Translations under genes and position numbers: made by a program
Shown: positions 1-9,411 of the stretch, piece by piece
How positions within the stretch are numbered: the stretch's first letter is position 1
How the letters are laid out: every line of letters begins with the position of its first letter
IMG/VR virus record: IMGVR_UViG_3300046327_000158
Span: 1 to 16,539 of that record
Length of the DNA: 16,539 bases
From: a virus
Lineage: Duplodnaviria > Heunggongvirae > Uroviricota > Caudoviricetes
Reading direction: 5' to 3' (one strand)
Notes under the pieces: model-generated
What the model was told of the DNA's origin: nothing
Database searches by the model: none
Seen by the model: only the letters and a program-made list of their open reading frames with translations

Positions 1-917
1 TCCTTATACCCACTGTTCTTTAGTCTCTCTCTGTATTTTGGTGATTGTATATAATCTATAGTCCATTGCTGTTCATCTGATACCTTTTTTCCTCCTACTT
101 GGAATTGAAATTGGCTTTGACTCTGTGCTTGTTCTGCGGCTATTTGTTGGTATTCTGGTAAAGCTATACCTGGCATTTGGTAGTATGATTGATCAATGCC
201 TGGATCTTGTTGTTGTTCTTGTTGCTGCTGTTGTGAAGCTTGTATTTCAGCTAGGAAATCTTTTTCGTTTTGTTTTTGTAAAAGTTCCTCTTTTGCTGCT
301 TGGGCTTCTGTGTTTTTAGCAGATTCTTGGTATTCTGGAGCTGTTGTGTATTCTCCTGTATTTGTGTTTAAGTTTACATTTGTATTTACACCATAGTCTG
401 GCATATCATATCCTTGAAATCTTGCTCCTCCTAAATTACCTTGGTCTGAAGTACTAACCCCCATAGAACCAAGAATGCTTTTTAGTTTTTGTCCGTATTG
501 ATCATCTGTTGCATAACCTTCTCCAGATCTTGTTTTTGGGTTGTATCTCCAAATACTGCTTATTGCTTCGTCTACAGTGTTTGCATTTTTATATTTACTA
601 CCCCATTTTTTTATCCTATCATCTACTGCTTCATCTAATGTATTATAATCTCTAAACTTTGCCTTTGTTCTATAGGAAGACCCCCCAGAAACCTCTGTGG
701 TTGATTTTAAAGAACCTTGTTGGCTACTTGAAGCCTTTTGTCCAAAGTAATTATATTTTCCAGCAGGGCTTTTAAACCAGCCTGTCTCTAACGCAGCTTG
801 TGCTACAGTTAGCTCTGGATATCTATCCCCTCTATTTTTAGCTGTATTGTATAGTTGTTGTGCTTTTACCCACTGCTGATCACTAACATTACCCGGCCTA
901 GTTATATTGTCTGCCAT
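1..917 (-). CDS. Partial (runs off window start): N-terminal GH73 glucosaminidase/muramidase (FlgJ-like) domain protein, probable virion cargo/ejection protein
   Basis: Manual translation from ATG at 917 is open to position 1 (305 codons): MADNITRPGNVSDQQW...AQAALETGWFKSPAGKYNYFGQKA...FRDYNTLDEAVDD...GYATDDQYGQKLKSI, then a Gln-rich linker. AQAALETGW, NYFG and YATD are GH73 hallmark motifs. Confidence 0.85.
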   Translation of the reverse strand, partial: MADNITRPGNVSDQQWVKAQQLYNTAKNRGDRYPELTVAQAALETGWFKSPAGKYNYFGQKASSSQQGSLKSTTEVSGGSSYRTKAKFRDYNTLDEAVDDRIKKWGSKYKNANTVDEAISSIWRYNPKTRSGEGYATDDQYGQKLKSILGSMGVSTSDQGNLGGARFQGYDMPDYGVNTNVNLNTNTGEYTTAPEYQESAKNTEAQAAKEELLQKQNEKDFLAEIQASQQQQQEQQQDPGIDQSYYQMPGIALPEYQQIAAEQAQSQSQFQFQVGGKKVSDEQQWTIDYIQSPKYRERLKNSGYK

Positions 918-922
918 ATTGT

Positions 923-957
923 AAAAAAGTTATGCCCCCTAATTGTATTAAGGGGCA
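923..957 (-). terminator. Rho-independent terminator
   Basis: Minus strand UGCCCCUUAAU-ACA-AUUAGGGGGCA followed by UAAC-UUUUUU. The one non-Watson-Crick pair is a U-G wobble only in the minus orientation. Confidence 0.7.
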
Positions 958-996
958 AAATTAAGAAAATTTATTGAATTTACAAAATTAGTTAAA
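956..996 (-). promoter_or_regulatory. Putative Bacteroidota-type promoter (TTTG-N19-TAATTTTG), conserved motif copy 1
   Basis: Minus strand TTTAACTAATTTTGTAAATTCAATAAATTTTCTTAATTTTG; 35/41 identical to 10646-10686; lies upstream of the GH73 gene. Confidence 0.65.
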
Positions 997-1921
997 TTTC
1001 TGACTCATTAATAGTGAACTTTAAAGCTAAGCTATATCTACTATCTTTGTCGTAAGTAAGTCTATTTAAAAACCAGTCTCCTACCATTCTTTCTAGTAAA
1101 GCTTTTCCTTTAAAACTAACTGATGTTGTGTTTACAAATTTTTCTATTTGATTCTTATCTTGTAATAAAAATGGTATATTGCTAGTATTGCTTTTTACCC
1201 TGTTATAGAAATAATCATAGTTCCATTTAAAACCATCTGGGTTAGTTATCATAATATCCTGAGTATTGTTTATATTAGTCTTAGGATAGTTCTTAGAGTT
1301 AGCTGTTTTTGTTTTCTCCGGTATTAAGTTTAGATTACCTGAACATACTATATTATTGTAGATCATAGACTTATTAAATGTTAATCCTATACTAGTAGCA
1401 TAGTCATAATCATTGTGGTACCTTTTAGCCTCTGTCCATATTTGGACATTGTTTAAAGTCTTAGTTGCAAACTCTTCTTTTATAGGGTATTCTATCATAA
1501 AAGGTTGTTTTTTACCGTAGAATACTTGATAAGATTTGTTTGTAAGTAAGTGTGACCATAAACCAAATTCAGATACATCTGATGAATCATTTATACCGGT
1601 TTGGAAATAGTTGTTGTGGCTAATGTAATAGTTAGGCTTAAAGCTGTAAAAACTCATCCAAGAACCAAGTACAGGCGAGAAAGCCACAGTCCAAGAAACA
1701 TCTTCAAAGTTTTCAGGCGTTATCTCTATTGGTACAATTGAATTAGTTACTATTACAGGCACTGTTTCTACACAGTTGCAATGAGCATTGCCATCAGGAT
1801 GTACAACTAATGCACATCCTGGTGGACACTCTATTTCACTTAACACTGTTGTTTTTGTACATATTACTATACCGTCTACTGTAGACATTACATAATCTTC
1901 ACTTGGACAATTACAATTCAT
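992..1921 (-). CDS. Probable C-terminal part of the tail stabilization/muzzle protein encoded as a separate gene (309 aa)
   Basis: VSWTVAFSPVLGSWMSFYSFKPNYY...LWSH...VFYG...PFMIEY...RMVGDWFLNRL resembles the C-terminus of crAss-like stabilization proteins (recalled). Has a Cys-rich N-terminus and its own A-rich start context (AAAAATATAAAAATG). Confidence 0.65.
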   Translation of the reverse strand: MNCNCPSEDYVMSTVDGIVICTKTTVLSEIECPPGCALVVHPDGNAHCNCVETVPVIVTNSIVPIEITPENFEDVSWTVAFSPVLGSWMSFYSFKPNYYISHNNYFQTGINDSSDVSEFGLWSHLLTNKSYQVFYGKKQPFMIEYPIKEEFATKTLNNVQIWTEAKRYHNDYDYATSIGLTFNKSMIYNNIVCSGNLNLIPEKTKTANSKNYPKTNINNTQDIMITNPDGFKWNYDYFYNRVKSNTSNIPFLLQDKNQIEKFVNTTSVSFKGKALLERMVGDWFLNRLTYDKDSRYSLALKFTINESEI

Positions 1922-1939
1922 TTTTATATTTTTTTATTA

Positions 1940-4900
1940 CTATACTATTTGACCAGTACAGACATTTATTGTTATAGAATTACCGTTTGGACAATTGTTA
2001 TATATTGGTGTTGTACTTCCCCCTACATAAATTTTCATATTCGCTGCACTTGTATGACATGCACCGGTTACTCCACCATAATTATTCCATCCAGTTGTTT
2101 GATCACAATTTAGTGAGAAAGATACATCACCAGTTGTAGTTGTAGCTAATAATGCTGTAACTTGTGTAGGTGTAAGTGTAAACCTGTTATATCTATTTCC
2201 ATTACTTCCAGGCAATCCTGTAGCTGGGTTTATATTTAAGTTTGGTACACTTCCTGCATCACCCATGTCAGATGGTCCTCCAGTGTTAGACAAATATGCA
2301 AACCCTAAGTCTACACCATTTGCAATAAGTTTAAATGTAGCATGGCTACAAGAGTGTCCTGAACATCCTCCATCAAGTGTTTCCACATCTATCATAAAGC
2401 TATTTAAACAAGCTGTTATAGGTGGTGTTACTTCTACTATAAAGGTTGTTACATTTGTACATCCATTAGGTGCAGTAGCTGTTATAGTATACGTTGCTGA
2501 ACCTGCTTCTGTAGCAGATATTGTATCTGTTATTGAGTTACCTGTACCTGCTGTAGCTCCTGTTATACCTGTTGTTTGTGAGACAGTCCATGAGAATGTT
2601 GTTCCAGACAAACTGCTGCTTATCGCTATATTAGTTGTATCTCCACTTTCTATTCCTTGTGGGGAAGTAGGTGTAACTATTATGTTTGGTTGTGCATTCA
2701 CTGTAACTATTACTTGTACAGGTACTCCTTGACATCCGCTAACTATTTCAAAAGGTGTTACTGTATATGTTACAGTACCTGCTCCTGATAATGTTTGTGC
2801 TATTGCTAGGCCTGATCCAGATGATGCTCCTGTTACTCCAGAAGCTGAAGCTGTCCATGAGAAACTTACTCCTGGTTCTGTGCTTGTAAGTGCTACGCTT
2901 GTAGTATCTCCACTACATATTGTTTGAGGACTTACCTCTACATTTGCTGCACATATACACTCTGCTTCTACAGTCTCTATTAATACACATGTCTTATTTT
3001 CTGAATCATATTCCCATCCGTCTGGACAAAGGTTAACAGTTTCAGAATTTCTCTGACAAACATTCCCGACTAATGTATAACCTGCTGGGCAAGAGATTGT
3101 TGCTGGTTCACCATTACAAACAGTGTCGTCTATTACAAAACCTTGACCTTCAATATATTGTATACAATCATTTTTAGGTATGTAGTCTTTCTTAGTCAAG
3201 AACACTCTTCTATATCTACTATCCCAACCCATTGTAAGACCAACTCCGTTATAAGGGTTGTCTATATCTACATTAGGTAAGTGGTTTAGTATCTTAAATG
3301 GTAAGTGCTCTTTAAACCAGTTTCTCATTCCACTTTGTTTGTCACCTGCCATAGAAGATATTTCTACCATACCTTCTCCATTAGATGGTACCATTAATAC
3401 CTGTCCTCTCTGTGCATCCGCATAGAAATGTCCGTACTCATTAGATATAAACGTAGCATTTTGTGTACCACCATATCCTAATCTAGTGTTATGGAAAGAT
3501 GTAGATCTTCTTTGAAAGAAAGAGTTACCCCCCAATAAAGAAAGTGTAGGGTTTGACCCGTCATCTACTTTACTATCTACTTTGTTGTATAGTACTGCTG
3601 TATTTGCAAATCTAGCAAGTATTGCTTGTCCTTCTATATCAATGATATCTTTTAGTTTACCATAGTTTGAAGGAAATTCAAAAATATCTAATGGTCTATA
3701 TATTAACCAAGGATCGTATAGAGAATTCTCAGTACTATCCGGTAAACTTGCAATAATACCATTTGGCATATCTTGTGTACACTCGTTAAAAGCTCTTTCG
3801 TAAGTGTCTGACAATGTTCTTCTTCTAGTAAGCGATATCTGTTTTGAGTACTCTGTGTTGTACAAAAATACATTAGGCTCTCTAATAGATACTGACTCTT
3901 CTTGTGTCCATGCTCCTAAGTCTCCTACTAGTGGGTAAAAGTTTCTATTTAGTTCTTTTCCTCCGTATCTGTAGTTTGTGTTTATTCTAGTCTCTGCTAA
4001 AAAGTTTGTTATACCATAGTAGTATAAGTAGAACTTTGAAGGTGGTACTATATAGTTACCTGAGTCTGCAAGGTTGTCAAACACATAATCACTAACAATA
4101 TCTGGGAAAGCTTTTCCACCGCTTGAGAAATCTTTGTTTTGCTCATAGCTACAATAGAATTTAGGATTTTTACCTATGTTACTATAAAAGAAATAGTTAT
4201 AAGGTGTTAAATCTGCTTGTTTCATTGCAGTTACTAAAAACAACGGCATCTTTCTTTTAAGAGTATGTCTAGATATATAAGTATCTCCTCCAAAAATAGA
4301 TAGACATCCTGTAGAGGCATTTCTTAAATCTCCTCTAAAACCTGTAGATAACCATTTGATAGAACTTATTGTACCGTACTGTGTAGGCAAATAGTTTTTT
4401 ATAGCTGCATAAGGAGAAGCAATATTCTTTACCACTTCTGGGCTACGACCAATAGTATTATATCCTGCTTGTGATTGGTACGTTATACTAGCATCTGATC
4501 CTTTGTCATAAGTTTTGTAACCACTGTTTGGGTAAGATATTGGCATGTCTCCAAAAGATACTAGTACAGAGTTTTCTCTATCAATGTTATTGATATTTAA
4601 TCGCTCTCCTGTAACTTCATTTGTAGTTACAAATCTACCATCCTTTAGGTATTTAGTTACATGTAATCCTCTTATCTTATTACCTACTTCTTGTGAATTT
4701 TGTATGTAGTTGTAGAATCCATCTGCATAGTAGTAGTAAGCAAAATTATGTGGGCTTCCAAAATCTCTAAATATTTTTAACCATTCATATCTATATTGTC
4801 CAAATTTGAACACTATAGCTGTGGCTGTTTCAAGAATAGCTGCTGCTATAGTTGCTGCTGTTGCTATAGCTCCTCCAACTATATTTTGAGTAGCTCCACC

Positions 4901-7900
4901 ACCATTTGTCATTCCACCAAAAGCCCACCAACCAAAAGCATAACTTCCAGATCCTGCTGCTGCTATTTCTGCAGTTTTTATTACCGCCTCTGCTGTAACT
5001 TGTAGTCCTGCAAGTACATCTGCAAGGTTTCTTGCTTTATCTGATAAGATAACCCACTTAGGGTGTCCTTGTACTTCATCAAAGTGCCCTCTAGAATTAC
5101 CAAACATGTAACCTTGAATACTTAATTCTGAAGGTAGTCCTTGTCTGTAGTAATCTGTTTCTGGTGAATGAAATGTGTAGTTTCTATTTGATTGTCCAAA
5201 TGTAACACCATTTTCTGAAGATAAGTCTTCATCTAGGTTCATTACATCATTCTGGTAACTATTAAAAGGGTAGTTAGGGTAGTACACTGTTTTAGTGTTG
5301 TTCTCCTTGTACTTTCTCATATCGTATAACAACCCTGAGGCTACTACACTTCTATCTAGAGAGATATCCCCTCTAAATATTTCGTATCCAGATATCTTAT
5401 TTCTATCCTCTTGTGTAAGCAAGCCATTAAACACTGCTATATCTAAGAATGAATTTATTAGTTCTTCATTTATAGTTATACCTAGTGGATAAATAATACT
5501 ACTACCAAATGGACTCTGTTGAGCATTTGACATAAAAGGTACTAATTGATTATCTGGAAACTTAAAGTGTCTTATATTGGCACAAGTAAAGTTTGCATTA
5601 TCATTTAGTATGTATTTACCATTAGCTATACTTTTTACAAAAGCGTCCTCAAACTCACTTCTTAAATCAACTGGTATAAAGTTTTGAGGTATTGATAAAC
5701 TTCTTGAGTCATACAACTCAGGATTGTCTGGATAAGTTTCTTCACTTTCCCAGTACGCAAAATTACCTTTTTTAAATGGTATTGCTTTACAACTTTGTAC
5801 TATTGGTTGATTAAAGTTACAAGTTGCTTGGTATACTAATTTTTTATCTATTCTTATAGCGTCCCAAGATACATCTATTCTGCTAAACTCTATATCTCTT
5901 TTTGTAACTGTGTAGCAACTCTTTGTTGGGGTAACTAGGTATACAGTTTCTAGTGTTGTAATAAGCATGTCTGGATCTGTATCTATAGATCTAGTTGTGA
6001 TAGGTGCATCTACTACTACAAAGTATTTTTTATTTGAAGGCCAGCCATTAGGTATAGGTGGTATAGCTGTGCCTGATGAATCTTTTATTTTTAAAGTTGT
6101 TCCGTCTTTTTCAAAAAGCAACATCTCCCCAGAAGATAGATCTACTATCTTTGAGTATATAGCTGTTGCATCTGAGCAACTTTTGAATATAGAAACCCTT
6201 ACTTGTGACCCTGAATTTAAGTCGTCTGTATATGCTGTAACTTTTTGTTTACTTATGTCAACTATAAACTTACTTTTACCTTCAGTATCCCCCTTAAACC
6301 ATAGCCCACCTTTGTGTATCTTATTTAAGAAGTTTCCAGATATACCAGAAGCTGCAGGTGTTTTACTAGTCAGTAAGGAGTTTTGTGAAGATGCTACATA
6401 ATAATTATTAACTGCTCCTAAATTTAGATTATCTGAAGTATTTGTATAGTTAACTATCTCTGTTGCATATGCACAATCTTCATTTTCAAAATCTGAATCC
6501 CTTACATATACAGTTAGTGGTTGATCTTGCTGTCCTGGCTGATAGCCCAATATGTTGTTTGGATCCTGTGCCGGTTGAGTTGAGTCGTTATTTGGGTATA
6601 CATTACAATTTTTTGGTGCTCTAGCCACTACGTAGTTTGAAGGGAATATTTTCTCTATTTTCTCTGTTACTTCATTGGTTATATCTCCTATAACTATTTC
6701 TGGAACAACTGTAATATCGCTGCAATCCATATCTAAAAACGGATCAATGTCGCACTCTACAGCAGAGTAATCTGCTCCTAAAGCTGCACATATGTCTGTA
6801 CCTATAAATTCTGATGGACAATTGCCTTTATTATCTTCTATGTATTGAGCTAAGTCTATATAGTCTTCGTTATCAAGTTCGATGCTTATCGTACCTGATG
6901 CTACTGTTTCTACCTCTTCTACAATGCAAGTTTTTGTAATAGGTTCCGTAACTACTACTGTTTCTATACTATCATTTCCTTCGCATACAGTACTATCATC
7001 CAAAAAGGCTGTGTTATAAAACTGCCATCTTTTGTTTCTATTTACTGTATTACACTCTTGCTTGTTTTTTATTATAGATTCTATATCATCGTTTATGCCG
7101 ACTCCAGCTTCATTTACTACTAGCTCGTCTTCAAACAATAACATTTTTCTGCTTATCAATGGAAATATAGATGTCTCATATCCACCATCTAATAAAAATC
7201 GTATTGAAAATGGTACTACTTCATCTCTATTATAACCTAAGAATTTAGAGCTTAGTACTCCATTTTCATATAGGCTTTCTGGTGCAATGTGTGTTTGCCA
7301 TTGCATAAACTCACCAAGTAAGTTCATTACTGGTTGTAAGTTTATCTCTTTCTTTTGAGTTATACCGTATTGAAACAGTATATTATTTGATGCTGTAAGT
7401 CCTTCTGATCTTTCTACATTTAGTTGGTCTATGAGTAGTTTATCAAAGCTTGTAGCTAATTTATTTTGCTCAGTAGTATAAACTACAGTGTTGTCATTAA
7501 TTGTGTGTATCCCCTCTATGAAGTATCTAGAAGCCCCCTCAATGTCAGCTGTCTGTATTACAGCAACTTTATAGTGAGAGTACTTTTTATCTAATCCTGA
7601 TACAACAAGTCTTATAGCTAAGTTCGTTCTGTCAGCTAAGTTCTTTTGCTCTAGTATTCTATTGTTTTTATCAAATATCGCTATTGGGTTTGTTATAGAA
7701 TAGTATGGGGATATTTCATTACCTGCTGCATCTGAGTAAGCTATCAAGAACTCGTACATACCCATAGGTAATCTACCACCTAACTCTATAGTAGCTGGTT
7801 CAATTTTAGGTATGTTAAAAAGTTTGAAGATTCTTAGTTCATCATAGTTTATACAAGGGGTTGTAACATTGTCGTTACAAGGTACGTTTTGGTCATGGTA

Positions 7901-8521
7901 CTTACCGTCTAATAAATCTGTGATGTTTATGTGTCTTGGTACATTGTAGTCATCTGAGAAGTAGATATTTTTTCCACACTTCTCATTTTTTATAACTATC
8001 TTTTTTATTGGATGATCTACGCTAAAATTAAAGCCGGATCCTTTAACAAAAGGCATGCAGATATTTGTGGTTGGGTTTAAGTATCCATCCGCATCTGTAA
8101 GTAATGTTGTGTATGTTTGTAGTGGTAATTGAACTAAGTTCTCTAATGGCTCGGCCAACTGGTTTGCTTTATTACAGTCTTTGCAGTCAACCAGGATATC
8201 AGATATATCGTTAGTATTTTGGTTATCCTCTATAACGCCAAATTCCCCTACGCCAGTAGAGGGATTTGTTAAAAAGAAAAAAGTAGAGTTAGAATCAATG
8301 TCGTTTTCAAAACCTATAACTTTAAAACCTGCTTTAAACTTAGAAGCAAGTATGTTAGATTTCTCATTCGTTAGGTTAAAACTGTCTCCAGATTCACTTT
8401 CTATGTTAGCATTTAAGGCATGTGTATATTGAGCATCTGTTAATTGTGACGGATGAGTATCCTTCACCATTCCTGTCTTAGCAGAACTTAAATTTATTTT
8501 CTTATTCTGTTGTTGTGCCAT
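1940..8521 (-). CDS. Tail stabilization / muzzle-like protein (2193 aa) with Cys-rich repeats, two PKD/Ig-like domains and an unknown C-terminal domain
   Basis: Large ORF directly after a ring protein. Motifs GMVKDTHPS, YYSITNPIAIFD, RDEVVPFSIRF, WQFYNTA, YWESEETYP, FHSPET, GGDTYISR and FYADAQRG recall crAss-like Tstab/muzzle proteins. ICSGDTT...FSWT...VTYTVTP repeats resemble Bacteroidota PKD-like domains. Confidence 0.75.
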   Translation of the reverse strand: MAQQQNKKINLSSAKTGMVKDTHPSQLTDAQYTHALNANIESESGDSFNLTNEKSNILASKFKAGFKVIGFENDIDSNSTFFFLTNPSTGVGEFGVIEDNQNTNDISDILVDCKDCNKANQLAEPLENLVQLPLQTYTTLLTDADGYLNPTTNICMPFVKGSGFNFSVDHPIKKIVIKNEKCGKNIYFSDDYNVPRHINITDLLDGKYHDQNVPCNDNVTTPCINYDELRIFKLFNIPKIEPATIELGGRLPMGMYEFLIAYSDAAGNEISPYYSITNPIAIFDKNNRILEQKNLADRTNLAIRLVVSGLDKKYSHYKVAVIQTADIEGASRYFIEGIHTINDNTVVYTTEQNKLATSFDKLLIDQLNVERSEGLTASNNILFQYGITQKKEINLQPVMNLLGEFMQWQTHIAPESLYENGVLSSKFLGYNRDEVVPFSIRFLLDGGYETSIFPLISRKMLLFEDELVVNEAGVGINDDIESIIKNKQECNTVNRNKRWQFYNTAFLDDSTVCEGNDSIETVVVTEPITKTCIVEEVETVASGTISIELDNEDYIDLAQYIEDNKGNCPSEFIGTDICAALGADYSAVECDIDPFLDMDCSDITVVPEIVIGDITNEVTEKIEKIFPSNYVVARAPKNCNVYPNNDSTQPAQDPNNILGYQPGQQDQPLTVYVRDSDFENEDCAYATEIVNYTNTSDNLNLGAVNNYYVASSQNSLLTSKTPAASGISGNFLNKIHKGGLWFKGDTEGKSKFIVDISKQKVTAYTDDLNSGSQVRVSIFKSCSDATAIYSKIVDLSSGEMLLFEKDGTTLKIKDSSGTAIPPIPNGWPSNKKYFVVVDAPITTRSIDTDPDMLITTLETVYLVTPTKSCYTVTKRDIEFSRIDVSWDAIRIDKKLVYQATCNFNQPIVQSCKAIPFKKGNFAYWESEETYPDNPELYDSRSLSIPQNFIPVDLRSEFEDAFVKSIANGKYILNDNANFTCANIRHFKFPDNQLVPFMSNAQQSPFGSSIIYPLGITINEELINSFLDIAVFNGLLTQEDRNKISGYEIFRGDISLDRSVVASGLLYDMRKYKENNTKTVYYPNYPFNSYQNDVMNLDEDLSSENGVTFGQSNRNYTFHSPETDYYRQGLPSELSIQGYMFGNSRGHFDEVQGHPKWVILSDKARNLADVLAGLQVTAEAVIKTAEIAAAGSGSYAFGWWAFGGMTNGGGATQNIVGGAIATAATIAAAILETATAIVFKFGQYRYEWLKIFRDFGSPHNFAYYYYADGFYNYIQNSQEVGNKIRGLHVTKYLKDGRFVTTNEVTGERLNINNIDRENSVLVSFGDMPISYPNSGYKTYDKGSDASITYQSQAGYNTIGRSPEVVKNIASPYAAIKNYLPTQYGTISSIKWLSTGFRGDLRNASTGCLSIFGGDTYISRHTLKRKMPLFLVTAMKQADLTPYNYFFYSNIGKNPKFYCSYEQNKDFSSGGKAFPDIVSDYVFDNLADSGNYIVPPSKFYLYYYGITNFLAETRINTNYRYGGKELNRNFYPLVGDLGAWTQEESVSIREPNVFLYNTEYSKQISLTRRRTLSDTYERAFNECTQDMPNGIIASLPDSTENSLYDPWLIYRPLDIFEFPSNYGKLKDIIDIEGQAILARFANTAVLYNKVDSKVDDGSNPTLSLLGGNSFFQRRSTSFHNTRLGYGGTQNATFISNEYGHFYADAQRGQVLMVPSNGEGMVEISSMAGDKQSGMRNWFKEHLPFKILNHLPNVDIDNPYNGVGLTMGWDSRYRRVFLTKKDYIPKNDCIQYIEGQGFVIDDTVCNGEPATISCPAGYTLVGNVCQRNSETVNLCPDGWEYDSENKTCVLIETVEAECICAANVEVSPQTICSGDTTSVALTSTEPGVSFSWTASASGVTGASSGSGLAIAQTLSGAGTVTYTVTPFEIVSGCQGVPVQVIVTVNAQPNIIVTPTSPQGIESGDTTNIAISSSLSGTTFSWTVSQTTGITGATAGTGNSITDTISATEAGSATYTITATAPNGCTNVTTFIVEVTPPITACLNSFMIDVETLDGGCSGHSCSHATFKLIANGVDLGFAYLSNTGGPSDMGDAGSVPNLNINPATGLPGSNGNRYNRFTLTPTQVTALLATTTTGDVSFSLNCDQTTGWNNYGGVTGACHTSAANMKIYVGGSTTPIYNNCPNGNSITINVCTGQIV

Positions 8522-8532
8522 TATGGTTTTTA

Positions 8533-9396
8533 TTATAAATTAGGAAACATTCTTTCAAATCTATTAGTCTCTTGGATCATTTTCATCTTCAACTTATCCT
8601 GCCAATTTCTTCCTAGACCTTCAAATTTTACTTGTGTCATTGCAAGTCCAAAGTACTCTCTTTCTTGCTGTTTTATATACGTAAGTTTGTTTATTAAGTT
8701 GACATCATCGTCATTCATCCATAAACTTTCTAGTATCTTTCTTTTTACAAAGTACATAAGGTATTCCTGTAAACTTACCACATCTGGGATATAAAGATCA
8801 CCGGTCTCATCTGATGGTATTGCGTTATACTGCATGTATATATACCCCTTCTTGAAGTTAGCTTGTATCTTATTACCAACTATGTTTATCTCATGTTCTG
8901 CAGAGTGTGTTAGTTGACTTTGTAAGTTTTTGCAGCCTGGGCTACAGTATTCTTTTTTTATACCTTTTGTAAGCTTTAGTATAATTGGATTAGTATATCT
9001 AAAGTTTATAACAGTATTGTTATAATATTTCTTTTCTATTATTTCTTTGTAGTCTGTCTTCTTATGTGTACCAGACAAGTTATCCCAAGTATAGGTATTC
9101 TCTATCCTTTGTGTGTAGTATTGTGAATCTTGCACGTCTTGTCTTGTGCCTTTTTCAAACTCGTGGCTATCCTGTGTGCATTTTACAGCTAAGTGTAAGC
9201 TCCAGAAGTCTTCCGGTAAATCTACTTTACCATCTTCTACCTCTAAGACTTTTTCTGTAAGAGTTGTTATGTTCGCACCAAATCTCTTAAGCTCGCTTTT
9301 TATCCATAGATTTACTGATCTATAATCAATAAGACCTGATTCATCGTACTGTCTTAAGTCGGATAGTATTTCTGCTATTAGTTGCTTTCTAGTCAT
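8533..9396 (-). CDS. Tail tubular / ring protein (P22 gp4-like class), 287 aa
   Basis: Position immediately upstream of the stabilization gene. LPEDFWSL, IQANFKKGYIYMQY and IPDVVSLQEYLMYFVKRKI motifs recall crAss-like tail tubular proteins. Confidence 0.65.
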   Translation of the reverse strand: MTRKQLIAEILSDLRQYDESGLIDYRSVNLWIKSELKRFGANITTLTEKVLEVEDGKVDLPEDFWSLHLAVKCTQDSHEFEKGTRQDVQDSQYYTQRIENTYTWDNLSGTHKKTDYKEIIEKKYYNNTVINFRYTNPIILKLTKGIKKEYCSPGCKNLQSQLTHSAEHEINIVGNKIQANFKKGYIYMQYNAIPSDETGDLYIPDVVSLQEYLMYFVKRKILESLWMNDDDVNLINKLTYIKQQEREYFGLAMTQVKFEGLGRNWQDKLKMKMIQETNRFERMFPNL

Positions 9397-9411
9397 TACT
9401 TATATTTTTTA

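Noticed and set aside
1922-1942. Sequencing error, intein or intron as the cause of the split muzzle gene
   Set aside because: Three consecutive in-frame stops plus a proper A-rich start context cannot come from a single base error; no splicing or homing-endonuclease motifs were seen.
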